Assembly (NCBI GenBank): GCA_041178085.1
Contig: JBEGVZ010000082.1
Location: forward strand, 1-64,000
Origin: Pseudomonadota bacterium
Lineage (GTDB): Bacteria; Bdellovibrionota_B; Oligoflexia; Oligoflexales; RGVZ01
Length of the DNA: 64,000 bases
Reading direction: 5' to 3'
A program made the position numbers and the translations under genes. Each line of letters opens with the position of its first letter. Within the stretch, counting starts at the first letter, position 1. Shown here piece by piece: positions 17,379 through 28,163 of this stretch. The notes beneath the pieces are model-generated. The model saw only the letters and a list, made by a program, of their open reading frames with translations. It did not search any database and was not told where the DNA came from.

Positions 17379-17487
17379 TTAAAATAGGCAGATCAAGGCC
17401 CTAACAAGGCGGCAAAGCGACCGATTGAGTTTTTTCCAAGTACCTGTATCGACTGAGAAATAGGCAACATTTAAGCCCTTCCAAAAA

Positions 17488-17510
17488 ACATCCACAGGTT
17501 CTGTGGATAA
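17488..17510. promoter_or_regulatory. Inverted pair of DnaA-box-like sites
   Basis: Perfect TGTGGATAA (17502-17510, reverse complement of TTATCCACA) and ACATCCACA (17488-17496); ATCCACAG-GTT-CTGTGGAT palindrome. Confidence 0.55.
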
Positions 17511-17619
17511 GTCCCCCTCCCTCCCGTCGTGAACCCATCCGGACGGTATTTGTTTCGATTTGAGTAAATTTTGTTCACAATGATCACCTCTTGGCGCAAC
17601 CGATCGTAACGGGTCCTTC

Positions 17620-18699
17620 ATGTACAACGAACGCAACGAAAATCTCGCCAGCCTGTGGGTCAAGGAAGCTAAACGGCGCCGTGACGACGGACTGGGTGGC
17701 GTCATCGTATTTCCCGAATCCACTGAACCCCGGACACTTTCCGCAATTGTCCGTCTGTGTGATGCGGGCGCAGCGCGGCGCGTTGTTCTGCTGGGCGAAC
17801 GCAAGGCGTCGCTTGCTGCTGCCGAAACTGTGGACGGTGACTTGCGCGGACAACTCGAACGTCATGCCCAAGGGACCGCAATTGAGTGGACTGGGGATAG
17901 CATTCCTGAACTTCAACGCATCACACACCAGGTGCTCGAAGTAGCGGCCGCAGCAAAAGGCAAGACGCTTGATCCAGCGCGCCACGAAGCGATGTCGATG
18001 GCACCACTTTATCAGGCTGGTGCACTGGTCCGGTCCGGTCACGCAACTTGCGCCCTTGCCGGTGCGGCGTCGACCACTGCCGACGTGATTCGCGCTGCCT
18101 TGGCAACTGTGGGTCTTGCAGACGGTGTGCGCACGGCCAGCGGTTCCTTCATTATGGAACGTGAAGGGTCCGATGACCCGCAGGCATTGCTGTTCGCCGA
18201 CAGTGGGGTGGTCGTGGAACCTGATCCAGATCAGCTGGTCGATATTGCCGCAGCATCCGTCAGCACATGGGAGGCACTGGTCCCACAATGCGGATTTACG
18301 GCATCCGGCACGGAGCCGGTGGTTGCATTTCTGTCCTTTTCCACAAAGGGTTCCGCCGGGCATCCCTCGGCAACCAGGATTGCCGAGGCCGCCGCGATGT
18401 TCCGGAAGAAATTTCCCCACATCCGGACCGATGGCGAATTGCAGTTTGATGCCGCCACAGTTCCCGGGATCGCCCAACGGAAATGCCCCTCGTCACCCGT
18501 TGCCGGTCAGGCAAACATTCTTGTATTTCCGGATCTAAACTCGGGCAACATCGCCTACAAGATCACGCAACGCTTGGCGGGTTTCAACGCTTGCGGCCCG
18601 ATCCTGCAGGGGTTGGCCCAGCCTTACTCTGATCTTTCGCGGGGATCGACGCCGCACGACATCTTCCTGTCTGCTCTGGCCTGCCTGCTGCGCGGGTGA
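17620..18699 (+). CDS. pta: Phosphate acetyltransferase (short form)
   Basis: IVFPES.EPR, FADSGVV..PD..QL.DIA, VAFLSFSTKGS, DGELQFDAA, ANILVFPDLNSGNIAYK, GPILQGL..P..DLSRG. Confidence 0.92.
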   Translation: MYNERNENLASLWVKEAKRRRDDGLGGVIVFPESTEPRTLSAIVRLCDAGAARRVVLLGERKASLAAAETVDGDLRGQLERHAQGTAIEWTGDSIPELQRITHQVLEVAAAAKGKTLDPARHEAMSMAPLYQAGALVRSGHATCALAGAASTTADVIRAALATVGLADGVRTASGSFIMEREGSDDPQALLFADSGVVVEPDPDQLVDIAAASVSTWEALVPQCGFTASGTEPVVAFLSFSTKGSAGHPSATRIAEAAAMFRKKFPHIRTDGELQFDAATVPGIAQRKCPSSPVAGQANILVFPDLNSGNIAYKITQRLAGFNACGPILQGLAQPYSDLSRGSTPHDIFLSALACLLRG

Positions 18700-18772
18700 A
18701 GAAAATCCTGCTGGACATCTGACCGTAGTCAGATACCATTTTTGCAAATGCAACCAGGGAAGGGGTGCACGC

Positions 18773-20308
18773 ATGGTTCTCTCCGGCGTTTTGTCAAGGA
18801 TGAGGTCCGCAACCGGGCCTGCTCAGAGCCCGTTGTTCTTTTCCGGCCTTACGACAAGCTTTCTGCTTCTGGCTACGGCCTGCGGTCAGGGGGACTACAA
18901 CCCTCTGGCGTCAAAAAGCGCGACCACTGCCGGAAAATTCCGTGTCGAGCTGTCTGATGCCGCCACCGGCAAGCCGGTTTACGTCCGTGTCGCACGAGAG
19001 CGGCTCACCCCGGATTGGATCCGACGCCACAGCTTCGTTCAGGATCACGTAACCGGCACCACCCACACATTTGGCTGGGTGCGTCGCGACATCTCCGCCC
19101 TTGCCGACTCCGCGGACGTCGAGGCCTTGGATGAACGGGCGCTGCAGACGATCGCCATGGATCCCGACTCGATGCGCCCCCTGCTGGTTGACGGCAATGC
19201 TGCCGAGTTGGCCGCGACACCGCGCGAGGGCTACCACGACTACGAGGAGCTTACAGCAGAGCTTGAGGCACTGGCCGCTGCCCATCCTAAAATGGCGCGT
19301 CTTGAGAACGCCGGCAAAAGTGTTGGGGGCCGAAACCTGTGGTACCTGAAGACCGGCGCGCGCCTTGACGCCGCCAACGGCGGTCCACGCACGCTCCTGA
19401 TCGCCAACATGCATGGGGACGAAAGCGCAGGACGCGAAGTGATGGTTTACCTGCTCCGTGACCTGCTGGCCGGTTACGGAAAAGATCCGCGCATCACGCG
19501 CATCCTGAATGGTTCCCAGGTCTTTATCATGCCCAGCATGAACCCCGACGGCTTCGAAGAACGCCAGCGCTGGAACGGCAATTACAAGGATCTCAACCGC
19601 AGCTTCCCCGATTTCACCGACGATCCGGACGATCGCGCCACGGGCCGCCCGGCCGAAGTTGCTGCCGTCATGAGCCTTCATGATCGTTATGCGTTTGCCA
19701 ATTCGCTCAATTTCCACGGCGGTGAAGTCTGCTTCAATATGCCTTGGGATACCCAGCCCAACCGTGACCCGCGGGACAAGTTCGGCGACGATGCCTACAT
19801 GACATCTCTTGCTCGCGCGTACGCGTCCACCAACCGAACGATGTTCAACAACAACACCGGCACTTTTGACGATGGCGTCACCTATGGATATGAATGGTAC
19901 GAAGTAAATGGCGGGATGCAGGACTGGTCGATCGCTTACCGGAACACCACGCATGCAACCATCGAGCTTTCGTACACCAAGTTCGTCAGTGAAAACAGCC
20001 TGGCAACGGTGTGGAACGAGAACCGCGAGTCACTGCTTGATTTTCTTGACCGGAGCACACTCGGGATGCACCTGAATGTTGTCGATGATTCGACCGGCCA
20101 GACCATCTCAGGACCGGTGGAAGTAAAGACATCGAATGCGCCCCGGACTGTGACTTTCCGTGACGGAATCGTCCATCGCATGACCCCGGCAGGCAGCCAC
20201 AAAGTTACCTTGTCCGCCAAGGGTTACACCCCAGTGACAATTGACATGACTGCGGGCGCCTTTGCTGGAGAACTCAGTGTCGTGCGCCTGCGCAGGGCGC
20301 GCGGCTAA
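18773..20308 (+). CDS. M14 zinc carboxypeptidase (N/E-like subfamily), putative lipoprotein
   Basis: NMHGDE (HxxE), PSMNPDG, DLNRSFP, NFHGG, WYEVNGGMQDW, TIELS; lipobox-like ATAC; C-terminal beta-sandwich. Confidence 0.88.
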   Translation: MVLSGVLSRMRSATGPAQSPLFFSGLTTSFLLLATACGQGDYNPLASKSATTAGKFRVELSDAATGKPVYVRVARERLTPDWIRRHSFVQDHVTGTTHTFGWVRRDISALADSADVEALDERALQTIAMDPDSMRPLLVDGNAAELAATPREGYHDYEELTAELEALAAAHPKMARLENAGKSVGGRNLWYLKTGARLDAANGGPRTLLIANMHGDESAGREVMVYLLRDLLAGYGKDPRITRILNGSQVFIMPSMNPDGFEERQRWNGNYKDLNRSFPDFTDDPDDRATGRPAEVAAVMSLHDRYAFANSLNFHGGEVCFNMPWDTQPNRDPRDKFGDDAYMTSLARAYASTNRTMFNNNTGTFDDGVTYGYEWYEVNGGMQDWSIAYRNTTHATIELSYTKFVSENSLATVWNENRESLLDFLDRSTLGMHLNVVDDSTGQTISGPVEVKTSNAPRTVTFRDGIVHRMTPAGSHKVTLSAKGYTPVTIDMTAGAFAGELSVVRLRRARG

Positions 20309-20563
20309 GGGGCGGCAAAAGGCTTCGTTTTTCCCTTTCGATGCTGTCGACAACACACGCCTCATGTGACCGAAACAGTCGGCTGCATGAGGCGTGGTGT
20401 CTTTAGAAACCGCCATGGATTTGGAAAACGGGACTCCCCAAACGGTATTGAGGCGGGATTTATTTGAGGAAATAAGGTCTGTGCAGCGGATCGGGCAAAT
20501 CGCCAAGCTGGCGAATTTATTGGCTCCACCGAAACACCGAGGAACCAACAAAACCCTGCTTAA

Positions 20564-21478
<915 letters not shown>

Positions 21479-21537
21479 TCAACTACCCAAACATTTGCGC
21501 ACCCCACGCAGGCCTTTTATAAGGTTGCATCCCCACC

Positions 21538-22353
21538 GTGGGCGCCAATATATTGGCCGAAGACCCACAAGGATCCCTTTTGCACCACTTGTTCTTTTAT
21601 TTCTTTATGACATTGTGCGGCACGCTGTTCCTCGCACCCACCCCATCGCCGGCGAACGATGAAAGCTGGCCATCGACTCCCATACCCCGCGGCCTTGTGA
21701 CCGATGCTGGATTATGGGCCGTCACCTGGGGCATGGAAAATTTTTGGCATCAACCTGCAGGCGTCAGGAATTTCCCCACCAGATCTTTGGACATCGGGGT
21801 GCGCAGCAGGCTTCATGGCGAACTCGCGGAAAAGACATACAGTGAACGAGAAAAGGCATGGCGCCAGTTTTCCGATTTTAGCATCGCCGGCCTGGTGACC
21901 GGGTCTCTCGCCACGCCGATGCTTATGCAAGAGCGCTCCATACCACCATTGACCAAGGTCAGCCGGGCCTTTGCACTCAACAATTTTGCCTGTTCCCTGC
22001 TGAAAAATGCCGTCCACCGGGCCAGGCCCAAACCCGCATTGATCCCTGAAGTGGCTCAGGATGGCGACAACGCCAAATCATTCCCATCCAGCCATGCATC
22101 AAATGCGTTGGTTGCAGCCACCAGTATGGTTTTAATGACGTCCGAGTCTTCCGCAGTTTTCCACGCAACGATTTACGCCCTGGGGGCATCCATCGCTATC
22201 GGCCGAGTCATGGCAGACCGGCATTTTTTTACGGACATTGTTGTCGGCGGGGCCATCGGCGCAGGAATCACCCACTGGGTATTTTCCCGCAGCGATAGCG
22301 ACCAGGAAATCGCCTTCACAGGCAATGCAATCGTTGTGCAAACGCGTTTCTGA
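21538..22353 (+). CDS. PAP2 family phosphatase
   Basis: KNAVHRARP (Kx6RP-like), SFPSSHA, RVMADRHFFTD. Confidence 0.85.
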   Translation: MGANILAEDPQGSLLHHLFFYFFMTLCGTLFLAPTPSPANDESWPSTPIPRGLVTDAGLWAVTWGMENFWHQPAGVRNFPTRSLDIGVRSRLHGELAEKTYSEREKAWRQFSDFSIAGLVTGSLATPMLMQERSIPPLTKVSRAFALNNFACSLLKNAVHRARPKPALIPEVAQDGDNAKSFPSSHASNALVAATSMVLMTSESSAVFHATIYALGASIAIGRVMADRHFFTDIVVGGAIGAGITHWVFSRSDSDQEIAFTGNAIVVQTRF

Positions 22354-22372
22354 CCGTCAATTCAACGGGTGC

Positions 22373-24346
22373 TCAAGAAATCCCGTTTACGGCGGCTGCC
22401 GCCTCCACAGAGGGACGTGAATCCCGCGCGACCGCGACTTCCGCAGGGCTTGACACCTGGCGGTCCGACGCAGCGAGGCGAGCGCTGAGCACCGGATCAT
22501 CCGCATCGACCAGAGCCTTGAGCGCAACCATGCGCGGCAGCGACCGCGCGACAAAGCGTTCAAACACCCATTTGCGTGCCGGATCCTTGCGCGCGTCACG
22601 GCGAAGGCTTTCGGCCATTTCAACCAAAGACTTCATTTCGCAAATCCGCTCGGCATTCAGCAACGCTGGACGGAAGTTCTCTTGCTTGCGCAATTCGCCA
22701 GACAGCAGTTTTATGGAACGAATCAAGTCCATGGCGTGCGCCTTGTCATCAGCGGCATGACCTGCTTTTTGAGCAGCCTCGCGCACGCCCGCACGATAGG
22801 CTTCTGCGACCACCTTGCGAATCGTGGTCAAGACTGCCCCATAATAGAGCTGCCTGCACTTGGCCAAACGCCGCGCTGCTGGACCGCCACCCGCGGAGAA
22901 AGCGAGCATCTGGTTGCCCAGAGCCTTCTCGAGCAACACCCCAGGCTTGCGGATGGACTGCTTTAGCGTGTCTTTCAGACACATCAGAGCCTGGATTTGG
23001 GATGTCCCTTCATAGACTGGCAGGATCATCGCCTCGCGCAGCCACCACTCTGCCCGGTACTCCGTCGTGAAACCGTAACCGCCGAAGATTTGCATGCAGG
23101 TCCGCGCATGCAAGAAGGCGTTCTCCGCGACCCAGTACTTGATCAGCGGAGTCCAATTCCGCACCCGGCGACGCCGCTGGTCGAGCTTTGCCTCTAACCC
23201 AGAACGTTCGTGGGGCGGCAACCCGGGGTTGTCTTGCAGGTACTGCTCAATCAGGCGGACCATTCCCTGCTCGTTCGCAGCCCTCAAAGTCAGGCTGCGC
23301 GCCGCCTTCAATTCCACTTCCATGTCGAGCAGCTTCTCTGCGATCAACTCATGATGGGCAATTGGCTTGCCCCAGGCCTTGCGCTGGCTGGCATACTCCT
23401 GAGCCATGCGCAAAGTGGCTTCCATCAAACCAACACCTTGCATGGCAACGCCGATTCGCATTTCATTCATCAACTTCAGCATGGCCGAGAAGCCCTTGCC
23501 GTCTTCACCCAGCAGGTAGGCCTTCGCACCATCAAACTTGAGCTCACAAGTTGCAGAGGCCTTCAAACCGAGCTTGTGCTCGATCTTGGTGACCTGAACA
23601 TTGCAGCGCCCGTCAACGTCACGCAGGCACATGAACAAGCTCAAGTGCTCAAGGCCGACGGCACCCTTTGCATTCTTGGCCAGAACCAGGATGACTTCCG
23701 AGTTGCCGTTGGAAATAAACCGCTTGGTCCCGGTCAGTCGCCAGGTCCCTTCCGCGTCTTGTTCGGCCCATGTAGACAAGTGAGCAAGATCCGAGCCGGC
23801 GTCCGGCTCCGTCAGGGCCATCGCACCCGACCATTCACCGCTGGCCAGTTTTGGCACAGCCATTTGCTTTTCGCGTTCGCCGCCAAACTTTTCAATCACG
23901 TGGGCGATCGGCCCCCACCAGCTGCAATTGAGTGCCGTGCTGGGGCAGGCCCGGTAAAGGATTTCCATCGCGGCAAGCTCGATGAATGCCGGAGCCGACG
24001 TGCCTCCGAACTCAACACTGGATCCGACGCCCGGCGCGCCAAGTTGAATCAGAGTTTCGATGTTTTTTCGCAGCGTCTCCGGAACAACCACCTTCCCCGA
24101 AGCATCCAACGAGATTCCATCATCCTCAACACGCTTTGCGTTGGGGGCAATCGCCGAACCACACACTTCACCGAACGAGGACAGGACCTCCATCCACAGG
24201 GCCTTGTACTCTTCCGGGCTGGTTGCCCCACTGGCCTCGCGAACAGGCGGCGCCAGCATTTGCCATGCCGCTGCAAAATCAAAAGAATTATTGAAATGCC
24301 AGAGGAGATCCTGGTTGTCCGAAAAGAAGTTGGCTTTCTTCAACAT
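22373..24346 (-). CDS. Acyl-CoA dehydrogenase family protein
   Basis: GAMALTEPDAGSD, LTGTKRFIS, IEHKLGLKASATC, QIFGGYGF, YEGTSQIQA. Confidence 0.92.
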   Translation of the reverse strand: MLKKANFFSDNQDLLWHFNNSFDFAAAWQMLAPPVREASGATSPEEYKALWMEVLSSFGEVCGSAIAPNAKRVEDDGISLDASGKVVVPETLRKNIETLIQLGAPGVGSSVEFGGTSAPAFIELAAMEILYRACPSTALNCSWWGPIAHVIEKFGGEREKQMAVPKLASGEWSGAMALTEPDAGSDLAHLSTWAEQDAEGTWRLTGTKRFISNGNSEVILVLAKNAKGAVGLEHLSLFMCLRDVDGRCNVQVTKIEHKLGLKASATCELKFDGAKAYLLGEDGKGFSAMLKLMNEMRIGVAMQGVGLMEATLRMAQEYASQRKAWGKPIAHHELIAEKLLDMEVELKAARSLTLRAANEQGMVRLIEQYLQDNPGLPPHERSGLEAKLDQRRRRVRNWTPLIKYWVAENAFLHARTCMQIFGGYGFTTEYRAEWWLREAMILPVYEGTSQIQALMCLKDTLKQSIRKPGVLLEKALGNQMLAFSAGGGPAARRLAKCRQLYYGAVLTTIRKVVAEAYRAGVREAAQKAGHAADDKAHAMDLIRSIKLLSGELRKQENFRPALLNAERICEMKSLVEMAESLRRDARKDPARKWVFERFVARSLPRMVALKALVDADDPVLSARLAASDRQVSSPAEVAVARDSRPSVEAAAAVNGIS

Positions 24347-24418
24347 GGCCGTAACCCTTGTCCCTACGCTGTCCTGACAGATGTGATAGTCTTGAGAATA
24401 TACCTGTGAGAACCAATT

Positions 24419-25036
24419 ATGCGACCTTTTCCCGCAATCTCATGCCCACTTTTGTTTGCAGCCGTGATGTTTTTCCCGGCCCACCGTGTTGTCGCCGCTG
24501 CAGGGCCGGACGACGCCCTCAACCTGCGGGAGGCCTGCCGCCGCGTCACGTCGGGGTCCTACCTGGACGCCTGGGACAACATGATCCGCACTCAGAAGAT
24601 TTCGGAAGGAACGCGCGCCAAGAAAAACGCGCTGGATAAGTCACTCAAGGCCGAGACGGTTCTCGTCGAAAAGCTGCGCGCCCGTCAGGCGGCCGCCGAT
24701 TATGACCTCGACCTGGCCCGCCAGGTGGACGCCAAGACAGGCCTTGTCCAGACGCTAACCAGCCAGGTTCAGGAACTTTCCACTTTGCTGAAAAAAACGG
24801 AACAGGATGCAGCAGCAGCGAAGAAGGCCGAAGAATCCCTGCGCAAGTCGGTCACGACCGTCTTTGACATAAAAAAAATCCCGAAGCAGCAACGACCAGA
24901 AAAACTGGACTACAAGGCGTCTTGCCCCAAGTACAAGTATCTATGCCCCCTGCCACGCGAACACGCAATCCGCCTGCGCGACATTTCGACCGTGGAGCCG
25001 TGCGTCCGCTACGCCGACCAGAGCATCAACCAATAA
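24419..25036 (+). CDS. Hypothetical secreted coiled-coil protein
   Basis: Signal-peptide-like N-terminus, Lys/Ala/Glu-rich heptads, C-terminal Cys cluster. Confidence 0.55.
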   Translation: MRPFPAISCPLLFAAVMFFPAHRVVAAAGPDDALNLREACRRVTSGSYLDAWDNMIRTQKISEGTRAKKNALDKSLKAETVLVEKLRARQAAADYDLDLARQVDAKTGLVQTLTSQVQELSTLLKKTEQDAAAAKKAEESLRKSVTTVFDIKKIPKQQRPEKLDYKASCPKYKYLCPLPREHAIRLRDISTVEPCVRYADQSINQ

Positions 25037-25061
25037 ACACCGGGAACCGGCGAAGAGGGGG

Positions 25062-28000
25062 CTACTTGCGCCCCTCAAGCTCAATGATCGTCAGGTCACG
25101 GGCGGCGCTCATCCGCAGAATCGCCGCGATCTTGTCTTTATTGGCAAGATTCGATCCCTCTACCGCAGCAATCAAGCTCTCGGTCAGCAAGTCCTGCTTC
25201 ATGTAGGTTATGCAAGCCTTGTAACGCCCCTTGGGCGGGATGCGCTCAAGCCAACCAAGCCCCTCGCGGTAAACGATATAGCTGGCAATGAAGGCCGCAA
25301 GGATCGCAATCCGGTGCGGCGCAGGCAGCCTCTCCAGGATCCGGTCACGGTATTTTTCCACCAGGACGGGTGGGCAATGCTTCAAAACCAGCGACTGGAA
25401 GAAGGGATCCGCCAGCACTGTCTTTTCACGTGACCCCAGCTCGTCCAGGAGGGCATCCGTCACCAGATTGATCTCGCGCGAGATGTCCATCGACAACTCG
25501 ACCAGGTTGCGGGCATTGCCCGGCCGGGCGTACTCGCGAAACAACAACTTGGCTTCGAAATCTGCCTTCTGGCGCAGGATGTCAATCACCTGGCTGACAT
25601 AAGTTTCCTTGATCGCCAGGAATTCCTTGGTGCTCAGCACAAGCGACGAAATGATCTCAAAGGACGAACAGATCACACCGCACTTGTTGGCCGTCGAGTC
25701 CTTGACCATGACCACACCTGCCTCTTGCAAGTGCTTGCGAGCAGGTCCGGTGAAAAAGATGTTGGCACCTTCGACAATCGCCTTGGCAGTGGGTTTGCCC
25801 TTGGCATCCAGCATCGCATTCCATGTCTTGTCGTTGACCGTATAGGGACGTCCGCCCGCCGGGATGAAGATGTCCGCCGGGACCGTCGCATAAAGTTCGT
25901 TACGCTTGCGGATATTCTCCGGAGTGTCTGCCTTGATGACAAAAGCTCCGTTGCCGGACAGCAGTTTCTGGTTGAACTCAGGAATCGGCAGACCCGCCTT
26001 GAACAAGCGCAGCAACTCGGTCCATTTGAGTCCATCGGGGTCATACGCCGCGCCAAATCCATCAGCCACCGCTACCACGCGCGCATTCTCGCCGTATTCG
26101 CGATTCAGGATCTTCATCTCATTGCCGGCCACGTCCCCATCGGGACCGCCCGTGATCTTGACTGTGAACTTTTGCTTGCGCGGATCGATGCCGATGAAAT
26201 TCAGGGCGTTTTCCACGAACACGTTCACGCCTTCAGACGTGACACCGTACTCCTTGTGGTTGATACCAGCCCCAGGCTTGGACGACATGAAAGCTGCCGC
26301 ATAGGGATATCCGCGGCGCGCTGCTTGCTCTGGAATCCACTCGATCAGGTCGTTGGTGATGTTCTCGTCTGGCCCCAGGTAAATGATTTCATCTTTGTTG
26401 TAGTACGACACTTGGTTCGTGGCGTTTGCCTCGCGCGACTCATCCGTCGTAACCAGCAAATCAAGCAGGGCGTTGACCGCACCGCGGACTGCCTGCTGGC
26501 GATGTCCGTCCGGCTTGAGCAGCAGGACTGCCTTCGAACCGCCTTCGGGGATATCCTTGTTCTTGAGTTGCTGGGCGTGGCTCAGCCCATAGACCTCATC
26601 AAAGAGACCGGCTAGCGCGTAGTCATGCTCGGTGGAATTGCGCGGCATGACCACCCGCAATCCACCCCGTGCGATGTCCTTCCAACGCACATGGAAGAAG
26701 CGGTAGCCGTGGCCAATGATGAAGAAAATACCGAAGGGGCGTTCCGGATAGAACTTCGTGTCCAGAACATCAGGAGAAAGTCGGAACGCCAGACCCGTCT
26801 TGGTCGGCATGAAGTAGTTGGTCTTCAAAGTTGCCTGTATGAATTTCAGCGCTTCCTGGAAGATGCTGCGCTCGACTTCGTCGATGATATCCCCGACTTT
26901 GGCCTGCAGTTCCCCGCGCATCTTCTCGTAACGAGCTTCGCGGTCCTTGCCCTGCATCGGATCAAACCGAAGGCGGAACAACTCAACCAGCTGCAGCGAC
27001 TGCTCGTGGTATTTGAACAGCGTCTGACGGATCTTGTATTGGGAGTAATACCACGCGTTATGCTTGCCCAGCATCACGTGAACGAAACACGCAATCCCGC
27101 GGATCAGGTTCACACCGTTGATCGATACGTTGTACGGCTGCTGCATCAACGACGAGTATTCGTCCGCATCGACCCAGCCCAGGGTCCTGAGCGCTTTGTT
27201 GAACTTGATCAGCGGCACCGAAGACAGGTCGATTTTCCCGCCTGCTGCCGGATGGATAATGAAGTGGATGACCGTGATCGGTTCGTCGTAGCCCTGCTCG
27301 AACTTGACCACGAACGACCGCACCATCTGGAATCCGTAGCGTCCCATGAGCAGGAATATCTGCTCCATCGTCTCTGCCACGTTGACATTTTTCATGCCAA
27401 TCGTGATCCGCGCCGCGCTTGCGTCCGGGGCCATCTGGATGAAGGTGTGAGCTCCCTCGTGCGAACGCATGTGACGCACCATGCGGTAAGTCAGCTGCAA
27501 ACGGGCGGGAGTTGCGTACATGACGAAGTCACTGTCGAGGTTGCGGACATACTCGTCCACCTGCTCGGACTCCCCCGGGAATTCCTGAAGGATATCGCGG
27601 CGGGCCACGGCAATCTTGTCGGCGGCCTTCGAATTAGCCTGGTCGATCGCCACGAAACCACTGGAAAAGAAGGACGAGAGGCAAAGAAGACGATCGTGCG
27701 AGAAGTAAATCGACCCCATCTTCACGGGGTGGGTTGCCAGGCGACGCGACAAATCGAACAGTGTGTCATGTTCGCTGCCCGGCCCGATGTAGGTGACCTT
27801 GGTCCGGTCGCGGTCCCACAATTCGAGGGTCTGCTTGGTTTCAAAAATGTGGCCCGAGATGATCCCGGACAGGTGACGGACTTTCTCTGCTCGCGGCGTG
27901 GTCTGGTAGTAAATCGAAGGCATGTTGCTGAAGAACCAGGGCGTCAGCACAGCGATGCTTTGGTCAAGCCCGCTCCGCACCGTCTCTGCAACTTCGCTCA

Positions 28001-28163
28001 CGTAGCTTTGCAGCTCTTCGCCCGTCTTGACCTGCTCGTACTCGTTGCCCGAGTGCATGGTCCCGTAACCTTCATCCAGGTCCGGTGAACCCATCTGATC
28101 CGCGCCCACCGTGTCCAAGTTCCCAAGTTGATGTGTATCAGTAGTGCTCATGTCACCTGTCAC
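25062..28163 (-). CDS. Large NAD-specific glutamate dehydrogenase
   Basis: HVRWKDIARGGLR, KNKDIPEGGSK, YLGPDENI, GINHKEYGVTSEG, GGPDGDVAGN, FIPAGGRP, IVEGANIF, NKCGVICSSFE. Confidence 0.9.
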   Translation of the reverse strand: MTGDMSTTDTHQLGNLDTVGADQMGSPDLDEGYGTMHSGNEYEQVKTGEELQSYVSEVAETVRSGLDQSIAVLTPWFFSNMPSIYYQTTPRAEKVRHLSGIISGHIFETKQTLELWDRDRTKVTYIGPGSEHDTLFDLSRRLATHPVKMGSIYFSHDRLLCLSSFFSSGFVAIDQANSKAADKIAVARRDILQEFPGESEQVDEYVRNLDSDFVMYATPARLQLTYRMVRHMRSHEGAHTFIQMAPDASAARITIGMKNVNVAETMEQIFLLMGRYGFQMVRSFVVKFEQGYDEPITVIHFIIHPAAGGKIDLSSVPLIKFNKALRTLGWVDADEYSSLMQQPYNVSINGVNLIRGIACFVHVMLGKHNAWYYSQYKIRQTLFKYHEQSLQLVELFRLRFDPMQGKDREARYEKMRGELQAKVGDIIDEVERSIFQEALKFIQATLKTNYFMPTKTGLAFRLSPDVLDTKFYPERPFGIFFIIGHGYRFFHVRWKDIARGGLRVVMPRNSTEHDYALAGLFDEVYGLSHAQQLKNKDIPEGGSKAVLLLKPDGHRQQAVRGAVNALLDLLVTTDESREANATNQVSYYNKDEIIYLGPDENITNDLIEWIPEQAARRGYPYAAAFMSSKPGAGINHKEYGVTSEGVNVFVENALNFIGIDPRKQKFTVKITGGPDGDVAGNEMKILNREYGENARVVAVADGFGAAYDPDGLKWTELLRLFKAGLPIPEFNQKLLSGNGAFVIKADTPENIRKRNELYATVPADIFIPAGGRPYTVNDKTWNAMLDAKGKPTAKAIVEGANIFFTGPARKHLQEAGVVMVKDSTANKCGVICSSFEIISSLVLSTKEFLAIKETYVSQVIDILRQKADFEAKLLFREYARPGNARNLVELSMDISREINLVTDALLDELGSREKTVLADPFFQSLVLKHCPPVLVEKYRDRILERLPAPHRIAILAAFIASYIVYREGLGWLERIPPKGRYKACITYMKQDLLTESLIAAVEGSNLANKDKIAAILRMSAARDLTIIELEGRK

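Noticed and set aside
17379..17619. Chromosomal origin (oriC)
   Set aside because: Only one perfect and two weak DnaA boxes, no dnaA/dnaN/gidA neighbours and no clear unwinding element; kept only as a DnaA-box finding
26625..28088. 487-aa plus-strand ORF (also 23210..24409, 37420..38517, 40990..42123, 56265..57521, 58168..59352, 18911..19954)
   Set aside because: Antisense shadows of well-supported genes, expected from GC-rich codon bias; no recognisable motifs
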